Shown: piece by piece, positions 39,992 to 48,748 of the stretch
Numbering within the stretch: the stretch's first letter is position 1
How the letters are laid out: every line of letters starts with the position of its first letter
Origin: a bacterium
Lineage (GTDB): Bacteria > Patescibacteriota > Minisyncoccia > Phycocordibacterales > UBA6899
NCBI GenBank assembly: GCA_043743715.1
Contig: JAYTWK010000055.1
Location: forward strand, 10,242-74,241
Reading direction: 5' to 3'
Length of the DNA: 64,000 bases
The notes under the pieces: generated by a model
What the model was told of the DNA's origin: nothing
Database searches by the model: none
Seen by the model: the letters and a program-made list of their open reading frames with translations, nothing else
Position numbers and translations under genes: made by a program

Positions 39992-41779
39992 CTACTCTGG
40001 CAGTACCTTGTAGATGACGAAACGGCTATCTTCGTAGACTTTCGTAATGCTCGACAATTTTTCCGGATGAAATGCGGTGTCGAGTTCTTTGTCTTTCATA
40101 ATGTATGAGACATGGTATTTGACCACCATGCCCGGAAGGTTCTTCATGATTGTATCTTGATATGCTCGGTACATATCTACTGCCATGGGGGTATTCATGG
40201 TTACCGAATTTGTCAGTTCACCGCACACATAACCGAGCATGGAGAGATGGAAAATGCGACAAAGCTTCACTCCTCGATTATGGGTATTGGCGAGATGGTG
40301 CGCTTTTGAAACTCCGGCGAAGTTGCCCGAATCTTTTGCAATGCTCGAAACGGTTATCTGTGGCTCACTCAGTGTGTTCGCAAGGAGATATCGTTCTTTG
40401 AGTTCATCGTTGGACGCCAGCTGAAGGACACCAACACCACTGAAAAGGACATAGTGCTTTGTGTATATTGGAAGCGTACCACTAAGTGTCGAGTGGGGAT
40501 CTACCCATATTACTTGGGGTTCGCTTTCGGCAGCATCAAGCCACTTGTATGCCGGGATATACTCCTGAGCGCGGGTCATCGCCGCAATACGTTCTGCCGG
40601 ATGAAGGAATGTGCCAAGATCACCTGCATACGAAGCATTCCCCATAAGCACGATAAAAGAAAGTATGGCGAGCGTCGCCTTCTGCCTGAAGTGGAGGCGC
40701 AAAATCTGCGGTCTTGCTTTCATCAATTGATACACGAGCACGATGGTGCCGACGATAAGCCAGAGAATAATAAATCTACCGACATGCTGCGCAATCTCGA
40801 GTTCTTTGCCTGTAATGAGATTACTCAGCGACACGATGCTCATCGAGATACCGAGTGACACATAGAGTAGTACGAAGCGTCGATATATTGCATCATTACG
40901 CAGCACAGAAACCCAGTGCGAAGAAAAGAAGAGGCAGAGGCATAGCGCAATCACCCACAGTGCTGTTTGAAACGCGAGTGCGGTCGGAAGATGAGTATAT
41001 ACGAGTCCAGTTCGCTCCATAGTTTGCCAGTAGAACGGATGGTGTATCTGCTTGAGAGTAAATGAGATGAATGGTATGAGAAAAATCCCCGTCAGTGCCG
41101 AAGCTTTCGCGAGTGAAATAAAACGCATCCGTTCTTTTTTAAAGAGTGTAATGCAAAAAAGCAGCACCATCACTACACCGACTATCTGCCATAGGTATCC
41201 GTAGTCATAAAATGTTGCTGCGGCGGTCGCGGCAAGAAAAAGCACGCTGCTTTTCTTTGCCGGAGCTTTATCCCAAATAAATAGTGCGAGCACAAACAAT
41301 AAGTAGAACGGGAAAACTATCTGCATCGACACAGGCCTAAGAATGAGGAGATACACCTGCGTGAATGTAATGAGCGCACCGATTGTACTCCATCGCTTTG
41401 AGAGACCGAACATGGTGAGGCTGACATAGACCAAGAGTCCGAACACCAGTGACCAAAATGAGAAATCAATACTCATAGTGGCAAACAAAGGTAGTCCCAC
41501 GAGCATGGGAAGCGCGTACATCCAATCCGGAAAGACGAATGCAGGCGCAATATCTGCGCGATGTTCAATAAAATAGGGATTGCCGAGCCACGGATAACCG
41601 TCGACTACCTCCTTCATGCGTACATAATAATAATTATCGTCGATGTATGACGGTGGCACTCCTTGAAACTTGTCCCCAAGATAGTGCACTACCTCATACA
41701 CAGGAAGAAGCGACAAAAGAACTATTGCCGCCGCAAGCAGGGTGAGATACTTTTTATGTGTTTGGAAAAATTGACTCAT
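39992..41779 (-). CDS. Polytopic membrane protein, probable GT-C glycosyltransferase (same architecture as 32198-33958)
   Basis: TM1 followed by YIDDNYYY, GNPYFIEH, many TMs, C-terminal YHVSYI. Confidence 0.6.
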   Translation of the reverse strand: MSQFFQTHKKYLTLLAAAIVLLSLLPVYEVVHYLGDKFQGVPPSYIDDNYYYVRMKEVVDGYPWLGNPYFIEHRADIAPAFVFPDWMYALPMLVGLPLFATMSIDFSFWSLVFGLLVYVSLTMFGLSKRWSTIGALITFTQVYLLILRPVSMQIVFPFYLLFVLALFIWDKAPAKKSSVLFLAATAAATFYDYGYLWQIVGVVMVLLFCITLFKKERMRFISLAKASALTGIFLIPFISFTLKQIHHPFYWQTMERTGLVYTHLPTALAFQTALWVIALCLCLFFSSHWVSVLRNDAIYRRFVLLYVSLGISMSIVSLSNLITGKELEIAQHVGRFIILWLIVGTIVLVYQLMKARPQILRLHFRQKATLAILSFIVLMGNASYAGDLGTFLHPAERIAAMTRAQEYIPAYKWLDAAESEPQVIWVDPHSTLSGTLPIYTKHYVLFSGVGVLQLASNDELKERYLLANTLSEPQITVSSIAKDSGNFAGVSKAHHLANTHNRGVKLCRIFHLSMLGYVCGELTNSVTMNTPMAVDMYRAYQDTIMKNLPGMVVKYHVSYIMKDKELDTAFHPEKLSSITKVYEDSRFVIYKVLPE

Positions 41780-41781
41780 GA

Positions 41782-42399
41782 CTACTTAATCAGAAACACA
41801 TCATATCCGCCGACTTGATTACTCGTGAGCTTCCCTGTCGCTTTATCAATCAGATATGCAAGGTCGCACATGAGCGCGCTACGACCCAAGGGCGAGACAC
41901 GTATCCATGCTTCGGTCGCGGCGCGCACTGATTGCATTTCCATCGTTGCAAAAGGCTTCGAGAGATATTCGAGGATATCTTTGGTGAAACGCCAGTAGTC
42001 TTTATAGTAGCCGCGCTCGGCATGATAGTAGTAGAGGAATGGCACATAGATGAAGCAGTAACCGCCAGGTTTCAAAACGCGATACATTTCTTTGAATGCT
42101 TTCGTTGGGTCTTCCACATGCTCAAGGACTGAGATACAGATGATTGCGTCGACTGAATTATCGGGAAACGGCAGGTTGTGAATATCGCCCACCAAGTCGG
42201 GATGGTAATCAGGGACCGGGTCCATTACTTTATAGTCGACCTTATCGGCGAGCGGAATGAGCCATGCGCGCTTCGGGTCATAGCGATTATTCTTCTCCTT
42301 CGCGATGCGAAGCCCGCCGCCGATGTCGATAACGGTTTTACTGTCTTCGAAGATTTGTTTCATCTTCTGTTTAAAAAAAGTATCCCAGGGCTTTTGCAT
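41782..42399 (-). CDS. Methyltransferase type 11
   Basis: IDIGGG, SVLEHVEDP, YRVLKPGG, DYWRF. Confidence 0.85.
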   Translation of the reverse strand: MQKPWDTFFKQKMKQIFEDSKTVIDIGGGLRIAKEKNNRYDPKRAWLIPLADKVDYKVMDPVPDYHPDLVGDIHNLPFPDNSVDAIICISVLEHVEDPTKAFKEMYRVLKPGGYCFIYVPFLYYYHAERGYYKDYWRFTKDILEYLSKPFATMEMQSVRAATEAWIRVSPLGRSALMCDLAYLIDKATGKLTSNQVGGYDVFLIK

Positions 42400-42435
42400 T
42401 TGTACTCACCATTAGAGCGACTTTCGGTCAAAACA

Positions 42436-43554
42436 TCAAGTTCCTCTCGGAAACACATCCCTGAGGATTGACTGTGCGCGTTTTTCCCAAGAATATCCCT
42501 CTACCCTCTTCTTTGCGTTTGCACTGTGAAATTGTGCCCGCTCCGGAGACATGAGTATCCCCTCGATCCCCTTCGCAAGTGCGAGCGGATTGTCAGCTTC
42601 GACAAGTGTTGCAGTGTCTTCATCGAGAATTTCTCTCAAGCTCGGGAGGTCGGACGCAACGATGGGAATCCCCGCGGCCATGTATGCAAAGAGTTTCAGC
42701 GGTGATGTGAAACTAATCGAAATCTCATTCTTGCCATTACTCGGGAGTATCAGCACGTCTGCGGCGCGCAGATTGCGCGCGAGTTCTCTGTATGGACGGT
42801 AACCAAGGAACAGGACTTTGGGATGCTTCACCTTCAGTGCTTCGAGCTCATAATCTTCACCGCCAATAACCACGGGAGTGATTCCTTCGGGAAGAAAGCG
42901 CGATGAAGAAAAAAGCGTATCGACACCTTTCCAGCCGTCGAGCCTACCAACATACAGCGCGACTTGCCTGTCCTTTGGAATACCAAGATACTCACGCGCT
43001 TCATGCTTTGAAATGGGCACCGCAAAATGAGCAAGGTCGACACCGTCATGGGCAACTAATATCTTTTCTCTTGCGACACCATGCTTCTGATAAAAGTCTT
43101 TGAGTCCTTGTGAGATTGCGATAATTTGCGTGGATCGAACCGCCATCTTCCTGGCAAAATAATTCCATGCGCCGGTATGGGTCTCCCATACGACTCTGCG
43201 TATAGGGAGGAATGAGAGTGGGTAAAGGATGCTTTCGTCCCGTCCAAAAATTGCATCAGCGTACTTTCCTCTCACGTGGAAGTATGCGGAAACAGCGAAT
43301 GAGATCGTCTCAAGCAGAAATCCCAGCTTTCCCCATTTGACTGAATCGATGACCCAGAGCTTAGTGATGATAAAATTTTCCTTTACTCCGTAATATGTGA
43401 ACGCATCACTTCCAATGTGTGTGTGTCGATTTGGAACAACGAGCTCGACTACTGCGCCGGCACGTGCGAATGCTTCGCACATCTTCATGATCTGTACTCC
43501 ATGCGCCTTCTCAGTCGGCAATCGAACATTCGCGACATACATAATCTTCTTCAT
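42436..43554 (-). CDS. GT4 glycosyltransferase
   Basis: RLPTEKAHGVQ, YVGRL, SPLKLFAYMAAGIPIVASD. Confidence 0.9.
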   Translation of the reverse strand: MKKIMYVANVRLPTEKAHGVQIMKMCEAFARAGAVVELVVPNRHTHIGSDAFTYYGVKENFIITKLWVIDSVKWGKLGFLLETISFAVSAYFHVRGKYADAIFGRDESILYPLSFLPIRRVVWETHTGAWNYFARKMAVRSTQIIAISQGLKDFYQKHGVAREKILVAHDGVDLAHFAVPISKHEAREYLGIPKDRQVALYVGRLDGWKGVDTLFSSSRFLPEGITPVVIGGEDYELEALKVKHPKVLFLGYRPYRELARNLRAADVLILPSNGKNEISISFTSPLKLFAYMAAGIPIVASDLPSLREILDEDTATLVEADNPLALAKGIEGILMSPERAQFHSANAKKRVEGYSWEKRAQSILRDVFPRGT

Positions 43555-43558
43555 ATGT

Positions 43559-44197
43559 TTATTTCTTGATAGCGGAAACCATATATCCAATAGGTGAAGG
43601 ATGTGCTTTCACTAACGTAGTCGGCAAGAGTCTATCAATCAGGAGTCCGAGTGTGAAGAACGGCAGCCGGATAATATTGAAAAGGAATACCGGATGCAGC
43701 AAATACATCGCCGCGCTTCCCCTTTCTCCATATGGAGTAATTGAGATATCACTCCACTCCGTCATGATAAGTTCTTTCATAAGCCCTTCACTGGTGAGAC
43801 GTACATAATCGTGGGGTTCACGCATTTCATTGGTGATAAACGGTGACGAGAAAATAAATTTACCTCCTTGTTTCAGTACCCGTTTCGCTTCAGTAAAGAA
43901 TGCCACTCTGTCTTCGAGTATGTAGAGTGCATTCATGCACAAGAGTGCCTGTTCACTTGCATCAGGAAACGGCAGTGGCTTGTTGAGGTCAACTACCACA
44001 TCGACGCCCGGACGCATGACATAGTCGGTGACTACGAGCGTCACTCCTTTGGGAAGATACTTCCTATAACTATGTCCACCTCCCGCAAGGTCGATCACCC
44101 GGCCGGAAAGTGAGCGCGTACTTTCTCTTAGCGCTCTGTTAAACAGAATACGGCCGAGCGACTTTCCTGCAAACACTTGTGAAATAAAATTCTTCAT
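43559..44197 (-). CDS. Methyltransferase type 11
   Basis: IDLAGG, LPFPD, RVLKQGG, PHDYVRLT. Confidence 0.8.
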   Translation of the reverse strand: MKNFISQVFAGKSLGRILFNRALRESTRSLSGRVIDLAGGGHSYRKYLPKGVTLVVTDYVMRPGVDVVVDLNKPLPFPDASEQALLCMNALYILEDRVAFFTEAKRVLKQGGKFIFSSPFITNEMREPHDYVRLTSEGLMKELIMTEWSDISITPYGERGSAAMYLLHPVFLFNIIRLPFFTLGLLIDRLLPTTLVKAHPSPIGYMVSAIKK

Positions 44198-44958
44198 GCG
44201 CGTTTGAGTTTTTGATACCAATCAACTGAACGGGAAATCTTGCCGAGGAATTGCGTGAGAGTGGTAAGTTTATCTATTGAGTTGCGTCGCAAGCGCAGGA
44301 GGTCGGCACCACTTGAGACACTGCCTTCTCTCACGGTGACTGCGGCCTTGAATCCTATTTCGCTCACGATTTCTACTGTCTCATCAGTATGATTGCCGTA
44401 TGGATAAGCGAACAGGTCACAGGATTTATTCAAGAGTGTTTCAAGGTACTCTTTTGATTCAACAATCTCTTTTTTTGCAAGCGCCCTATCAAGCTTCGCG
44501 AGTTTCGGATGTGATACCGAATGCGGCTCAAAATCAATCAGTCCCGATGCATGCATCACATGCATGTCGTCTGTGGTAAGCATGTCATCATTATGCTCAC
44601 CACACTTGCCGATAAGTCCGGTGGTGATAAAGATTGTCGCAGGAAATTCGTATTCCTGAAGTATCGGGAACGCATCGATAAAATTATCTCGATACCCGTC
44701 ATCAAAGGTGATGACTACTTCGCCACCGCGTAGCGTGTGCTCCTGCATACGCGAAAGCAATTCGGCGAAAGTAATAACCTCCCTATGCTCTTTATTCAGA
44801 AATTCCATTTGTGCGCGAAATTTGTCGGGACTGACAACAAAAAAATGTTCACTGTTTTTTTTGACCGAGTGGTACATAAGGATGCTGGCCTTCCCATCCA
44901 GCTCTTGCGGAAAAAGTGCTGCACACCGAAAAAAAATATTTTTGAGTGTCTGTTTCAT
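44194..44958 (-). CDS. Polysaccharide deacetylase (CE4)
   Basis: ILMYH, ITFDDGY, HSVSHP, FAYPYG. Confidence 0.9.
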   Translation of the reverse strand: MKQTLKNIFFRCAALFPQELDGKASILMYHSVKKNSEHFFVVSPDKFRAQMEFLNKEHREVITFAELLSRMQEHTLRGGEVVITFDDGYRDNFIDAFPILQEYEFPATIFITTGLIGKCGEHNDDMLTTDDMHVMHASGLIDFEPHSVSHPKLAKLDRALAKKEIVESKEYLETLLNKSCDLFAYPYGNHTDETVEIVSEIGFKAAVTVREGSVSSGADLLRLRRNSIDKLTTLTQFLGKISRSVDWYQKLKRA

Positions 44959-45581
44959 GATCGTTTCGAGAGTACGAAGAAATGATGGTACTGATTCTCA
45001 TGTGGAACGAATTCCTTCTCGAGAGTGAAATGCTTTGCGAGCACCTTACGAATGACGTTTAGTTCATAGCCCTTTTTCCCTATCTCAAAGTAGTGTTCAC
45101 CGCCAAATACATGGGTTGGGTGATATGGCAGTTTCCAGGCGAGTTTGAGTTCTTTGATGAACGGCAGTTTCAGGGAGAATCGTATCGACGGTCCGAAATG
45201 CGGGAGACTGATGATGACATGCTCCTTCCCGACACGTGAAAGTTCGAGAAGTGCGCTTTCAAATCGCTCAAACGGCAAATGTTCGAGGACTTCAAATGCA
45301 ACGACCATATCGACATCATTATCCGGAAGCGGGATATGCTCAACCTCACCGACGATATCCGGATGGAGGTCTGCCGCAATATCGAGCGAGCGATACGAAG
45401 TCTTCGTATTCTCCCGCAAATAATGCCCTATGACACCGTCTCCCTTCCCTACCTCGAGCACACTATGAGGCGTGAGTGCGAGTATCTCGCGCAGCTGATA
45501 ATGATAACTCGACCAGCGGTCGAGTCCGCAGTATTTTTCGAATCTATATGCCTTTTTGTCGACTTGAACTTCCATATGCAT
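44955..45581 (-). CDS. Methyltransferase type 11
   Basis: VLEVGKG, FEVLEHLPF, EHYFEIG. Confidence 0.82.
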   Translation of the reverse strand: MHMEVQVDKKAYRFEKYCGLDRWSSYHYQLREILALTPHSVLEVGKGDGVIGHYLRENTKTSYRSLDIAADLHPDIVGEVEHIPLPDNDVDMVVAFEVLEHLPFERFESALLELSRVGKEHVIISLPHFGPSIRFSLKLPFIKELKLAWKLPYHPTHVFGGEHYFEIGKKGYELNVIRKVLAKHFTLEKEFVPHENQYHHFFVLSKRS

Positions 45582-45986
45582 TTATGGGTTGCGCTCTTTG
45601 AAGATCACGTGCTGATACACGAAGTATGAAAGAAATGCGATGAGTCCCTGTGAGATGATTTGCCCGAACAAATAATGCAGTCCTACGTATTCCACAAAGA
45701 TATACAGGAGTGCGGTACCGATAAGGATATTCACTCCGGCGGTACCAAGATACATCAGCATCTGTTTCTTAATCAGCGTATGAGTCTGCTCTTTGAATGT
45801 CCAGTATTTCTGAAGCAGAAAACTGACGAAGAATGCGGCGATAAATGCATAGACCGAGGCGAGCACATACCACATCTTCACATAGTCTGTGAGAATATAG
45901 AGGATACCAAGATTCACTACCGCGGCACTACCTCCGGCAATGAGGAACCTGATCATTTTTGCGAATCGCTTGATGGTATGTTTCAT
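45582..45986 (-). CDS. GtrA family polyprenol-P-sugar flippase
   Basis: RFLIAGG, SFLLQKYWTF, 4 TMs, 134 aa. Confidence 0.88.
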   Translation of the reverse strand: MKHTIKRFAKMIRFLIAGGSAAVVNLGILYILTDYVKMWYVLASVYAFIAAFFVSFLLQKYWTFKEQTHTLIKKQMLMYLGTAGVNILIGTALLYIFVEYVGLHYLFGQIISQGLIAFLSYFVYQHVIFKERNP

Positions 45987-45990
45987 GCTG

Positions 45991-46908
45991 TTATGCTCGT
46001 GAATTCCGTTCTATTGTGATTTCCCCAGTCTTCTTGGCGAGCACAAATACATTGTCGCGCAGATTTATCGGAAGCGCGAGTTTACGCAGAAGCGGTGTGT
46101 CCGATACGCGCGCCAGAGTTTCCCAGAATGCGAGTTCCTGCCAAGCCGCGAGGGTCTTGAACACATATGCCGGAGAGAATTTCTTGCCAATCTTCTTCAC
46201 CTCAAGCACCTCAAATCCGGTGTCACGCAAGAGCATGGTGAGATTGCCCGGAGCATAATAGTAGAGATGCTCGGGCGGGACAATGAGATGCCATCGCTTT
46301 CCGAGCACCCTGGCCCACAGACTGGACCTATCGACCGTGTTTATTGCGAGCATACCGCCGGTGGGGAGCATACGGTTGAGCGCGAGGAGATATGCGCGAG
46401 GATCATCCACATGCTCGAGCACATCCCACAGTGTCGCGGCGTCAACTTGCACATTCATTTCCCCGGTAATACTCCCTTCGGTCATCTCGTGTCCGCGTGA
46501 ACGAGCGACGCGCGCAGCATAAGGTGATATCTCACTGCCGTACGTCTTCCAGCCTTCGCGCTTTGCGATATCAAGAAAATATCCGGTCGCCGCACCGACG
46601 TCGAATACACGCTTGCCGGGCGCAAGTGCTTCAAGCTTCTTCAGGTACAACTCGAATACTTCGCGCATCGGCTCTTTGTCTTTATCGTAGTCAGTGTAAC
46701 CGGCGCTTCGCTTTTCTTTGTCAGTGCCATCATTTTTAAAATAATTCTCACCGTATATGCTTGCGAGATCTTTCGGGATAGGATGCACAAAGGTAAAATC
46801 GCACTGCGTACAGTCATAGAGCTTGTGTCCGTTCTTCTCGCAAAAAAATCCGGTCTCACTGGAGCCGCAGATATGGCATACCGGCAAGTCCACAGGTGTT
46901 TCTTCCAT
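45991..46908 (-). CDS. Class I SAM methyltransferase with N-terminal Cys motif
   Basis: CHIC...CTQC, FDVGAATG, WDVLEHVDDP, PPEHLYYY. Confidence 0.88.
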   Translation of the reverse strand: MEETPVDLPVCHICGSSETGFFCEKNGHKLYDCTQCDFTFVHPIPKDLASIYGENYFKNDGTDKEKRSAGYTDYDKDKEPMREVFELYLKKLEALAPGKRVFDVGAATGYFLDIAKREGWKTYGSEISPYAARVARSRGHEMTEGSITGEMNVQVDAATLWDVLEHVDDPRAYLLALNRMLPTGGMLAINTVDRSSLWARVLGKRWHLIVPPEHLYYYAPGNLTMLLRDTGFEVLEVKKIGKKFSPAYVFKTLAAWQELAFWETLARVSDTPLLRKLALPINLRDNVFVLAKKTGEITIERNSRA

Positions 46909-46911
46909 ATA

Positions 46912-47631
46912 TTACTTTTTATAACCGAGACGCTGAGCGAATAGTCGTAGTGGTGTCTTCAGGCCCTCGCGCACGATATGATGCGAGATCTTCGACTCTC
47001 CTTCGCGGCGACTTTTGAAGATGATGGGGACCTCTTTGGTGCGTGCATGCGCATGATGTACCGCATGGAATTTAAACTCAATCTGATATGCATAGCCCGA
47101 TGAACCAAGCTCGTCGAATCGCATATTGCGCAATGTATCAGTACGCACACCGATGAATCCTGCGGTCAAATCATTAATACCACTCGCGGTGAAGAATCGC
47201 GCATACATATTGCCGTACTTACTCAGCATATATCGCCACTTTTCCCAGTTCTCGACTCCCCCACCCGTCACATAGCGCGAACCGACGACGAGGTCATGCT
47301 CGTCGAGTGCTTCGAGCATGGGAGCGAGATACGACGGATCATGCGAACCGTCCGCGTCCATCGTGAAGACATAGTCATAGTCGCCATGTTTCAAGACTTC
47401 ACGTATCGCGTGCTTATATGCGACACCAAGTCCTTGCTTGCCGGGGCGCTTCAGAATTGCGAGTTGCGGATAGCGAGTGACCATCTCGTCAACCACCTCA
47501 CCTGTTCCGTCCGGAGAATTATCATCGATCACCAATATCTGCGCTTCAGGAAGCACGTCGAAAATCTCGGGAATGATATCCTGCACATTCTCACGTTCAT
47601 TATAGGTCGGCAGGAGTACGATATAGCGCAT
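46912..47631 (-). CDS. Polyprenol monophosphomannose synthase (DPM1/Ppm1-like GT2)
   Basis: PTYNEREN, DDNSPDGT, GLGVAY, MDADGSH, GSRY, GYAYQIE. Confidence 0.9.
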   Translation of the reverse strand: MRYIVLLPTYNERENVQDIIPEIFDVLPEAQILVIDDNSPDGTGEVVDEMVTRYPQLAILKRPGKQGLGVAYKHAIREVLKHGDYDYVFTMDADGSHDPSYLAPMLEALDEHDLVVGSRYVTGGGVENWEKWRYMLSKYGNMYARFFTASGINDLTAGFIGVRTDTLRNMRFDELGSSGYAYQIEFKFHAVHHAHARTKEVPIIFKSRREGESKISHHIVREGLKTPLRLFAQRLGYKK

Positions 47632-47655
47632 ATGCTTCGCCCACTATAGCAAAAA
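47620..47655. repeat. 36-bp direct repeat, copy 1 (promoter and first codons of the GT2 gene)
   Basis: GATATAGCGCATATGCTTCGCCCACTATAGCAAAAA, identical to 48648-48683. Confidence 0.92.
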
Positions 47656-47747
47656 TGAGGCTGGAGAGAAAATGAACGGAAATTTGAAATGCACTTCGAA
47701 GAAATGCTGGGGGGTTATCTGAGATTAACTATTATGGGCGTGACAAT

Positions 47748-48263
47748 CTACTGAGGAGAAGTTGAAGCTATCGCTTGGGCCAAGTTCGCGCACGGCGACA
47801 AATCCCGTTGACCAAAGCCGACCAAAATATCGTAAAACGCACGAATAGATTGATGTCGGGTAGCTGTGTTCGCAGTCAGGTCACCGGTGTTGAAATTAAG
47901 AAGAGCGCGGGTTGCATTCCTGGTCGCACAATACTGTCTCGACATCAATGTGAGGGCGCTGCTTCTGTTTGCTGGCGTTGGTGACGCGACCATGATCTGA
48001 AATATCTGTGCGTTTGCCATTGCCAGCGGAAAATCTGATGTGCCGCCGAACTGCTTCGCAAGCACCCGCTCCACATCATCTCGCACGCCATTATTATTTG
48101 AATCCACTCCAGCTAGTGTTGCGTCATTCAACGCTGAGGGTGGTTCAGGTGGGACAGCAACTCCATTTATCATAGTGGTATTACTCATTGTGTTTGCAAC
48201 AATAAAAACAGCAAGTGCAGTGACTGCAGCACCCACAACTAACCACGGAACGATCTTATTCAT
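47748..48263 (-). CDS. Membrane-anchored/secreted protein with a DxNxNGxxD Ca-binding-like motif
   Basis: N-terminal TM MNKIVPWLVVG; TLAGVDSNNNGVRDDVE. Confidence 0.75.
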   Translation of the reverse strand: MNKIVPWLVVGAAVTALAVFIVANTMSNTTMINGVAVPPEPPSALNDATLAGVDSNNNGVRDDVERVLAKQFGGTSDFPLAMANAQIFQIMVASPTPANRSSALTLMSRQYCATRNATRALLNFNTGDLTANTATRHQSIRAFYDILVGFGQRDLSPCANLAQAIASTSPQ

Positions 48264-48313
48264 CCTAAAATTCTATCACATTAGAACCAAACGCTATAGT
48301 ATGTCCATTTTCC

Positions 48314-48353
48314 AATGTACGTTTTAATTGCTATAGCGGATAAAACGTACATT
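48314..48353 (-). terminator. Hairpin immediately after the doc stop codon (terminator-like); second copy at 50317-50355
   Basis: AATGTACGTTTTA...TAAAACGTACATT 13-bp arms. Confidence 0.55.
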
Positions 48354-48659
48354 CTACTTTTTCGCGGACTTCAGTTTTTTGGAATTCTTTTTGAGCCAAG
48401 CAGCGATAGGGGCGAGTTCGAGCTTGTCAGTAACGACCGAAAGGACAAATTGCTCTACGTCAGGATTTGTTGCAGTAAACACATACCCATTCGTCTCCAA
48501 GAAACGCCCCGCAAGTGCGAAGCTGGTGCGCTTATTGCCGTCGACGAACACATGATACTTCGCAGTACTTTCTAAGTAGCAAGCGGCTTTCATGAATACA
48601 TCGGGATACACATCCTTGCCTCCAAAGGCAGTCTTTGGACGCTCGATGATATAGCGCAT
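48354..48659 (-). CDS. doc: N-terminally truncated, chimeric Fic/Doc toxin
   Basis: Intact Fic motif HVFVDGNKRT; first codons MRYI come from the 36-bp repeat. Confidence 0.75.
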   Translation of the reverse strand: MRYIIERPKTAFGGKDVYPDVFMKAACYLESTAKYHVFVDGNKRTSFALAGRFLETNGYVFTATNPDVEQFVLSVVTDKLELAPIAAWLKKNSKKLKSAKK

Positions 48660-48683
48660 ATGCTTCGCCCACTATAGCAAAAA
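48648..48683. repeat. 36-bp direct repeat, copy 2
   Basis: Identical to 47620-47655. Confidence 0.92.
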
Positions 48684-48748
48684 CCGAACGGAAGCGAAAA
48701 TTGGGTGCCGTAGTGGATGGATTTCGAAACTGCTTGGTGGGCAAATGA

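Noticed and set aside
48684-48748. Weak resemblance to a reversed tRNA 3' end or att remnant (GGGTGCCG...GGATTTCGAAAC)
   Set aside because: Too short and degenerate; no cloverleaf and no integrase nearby
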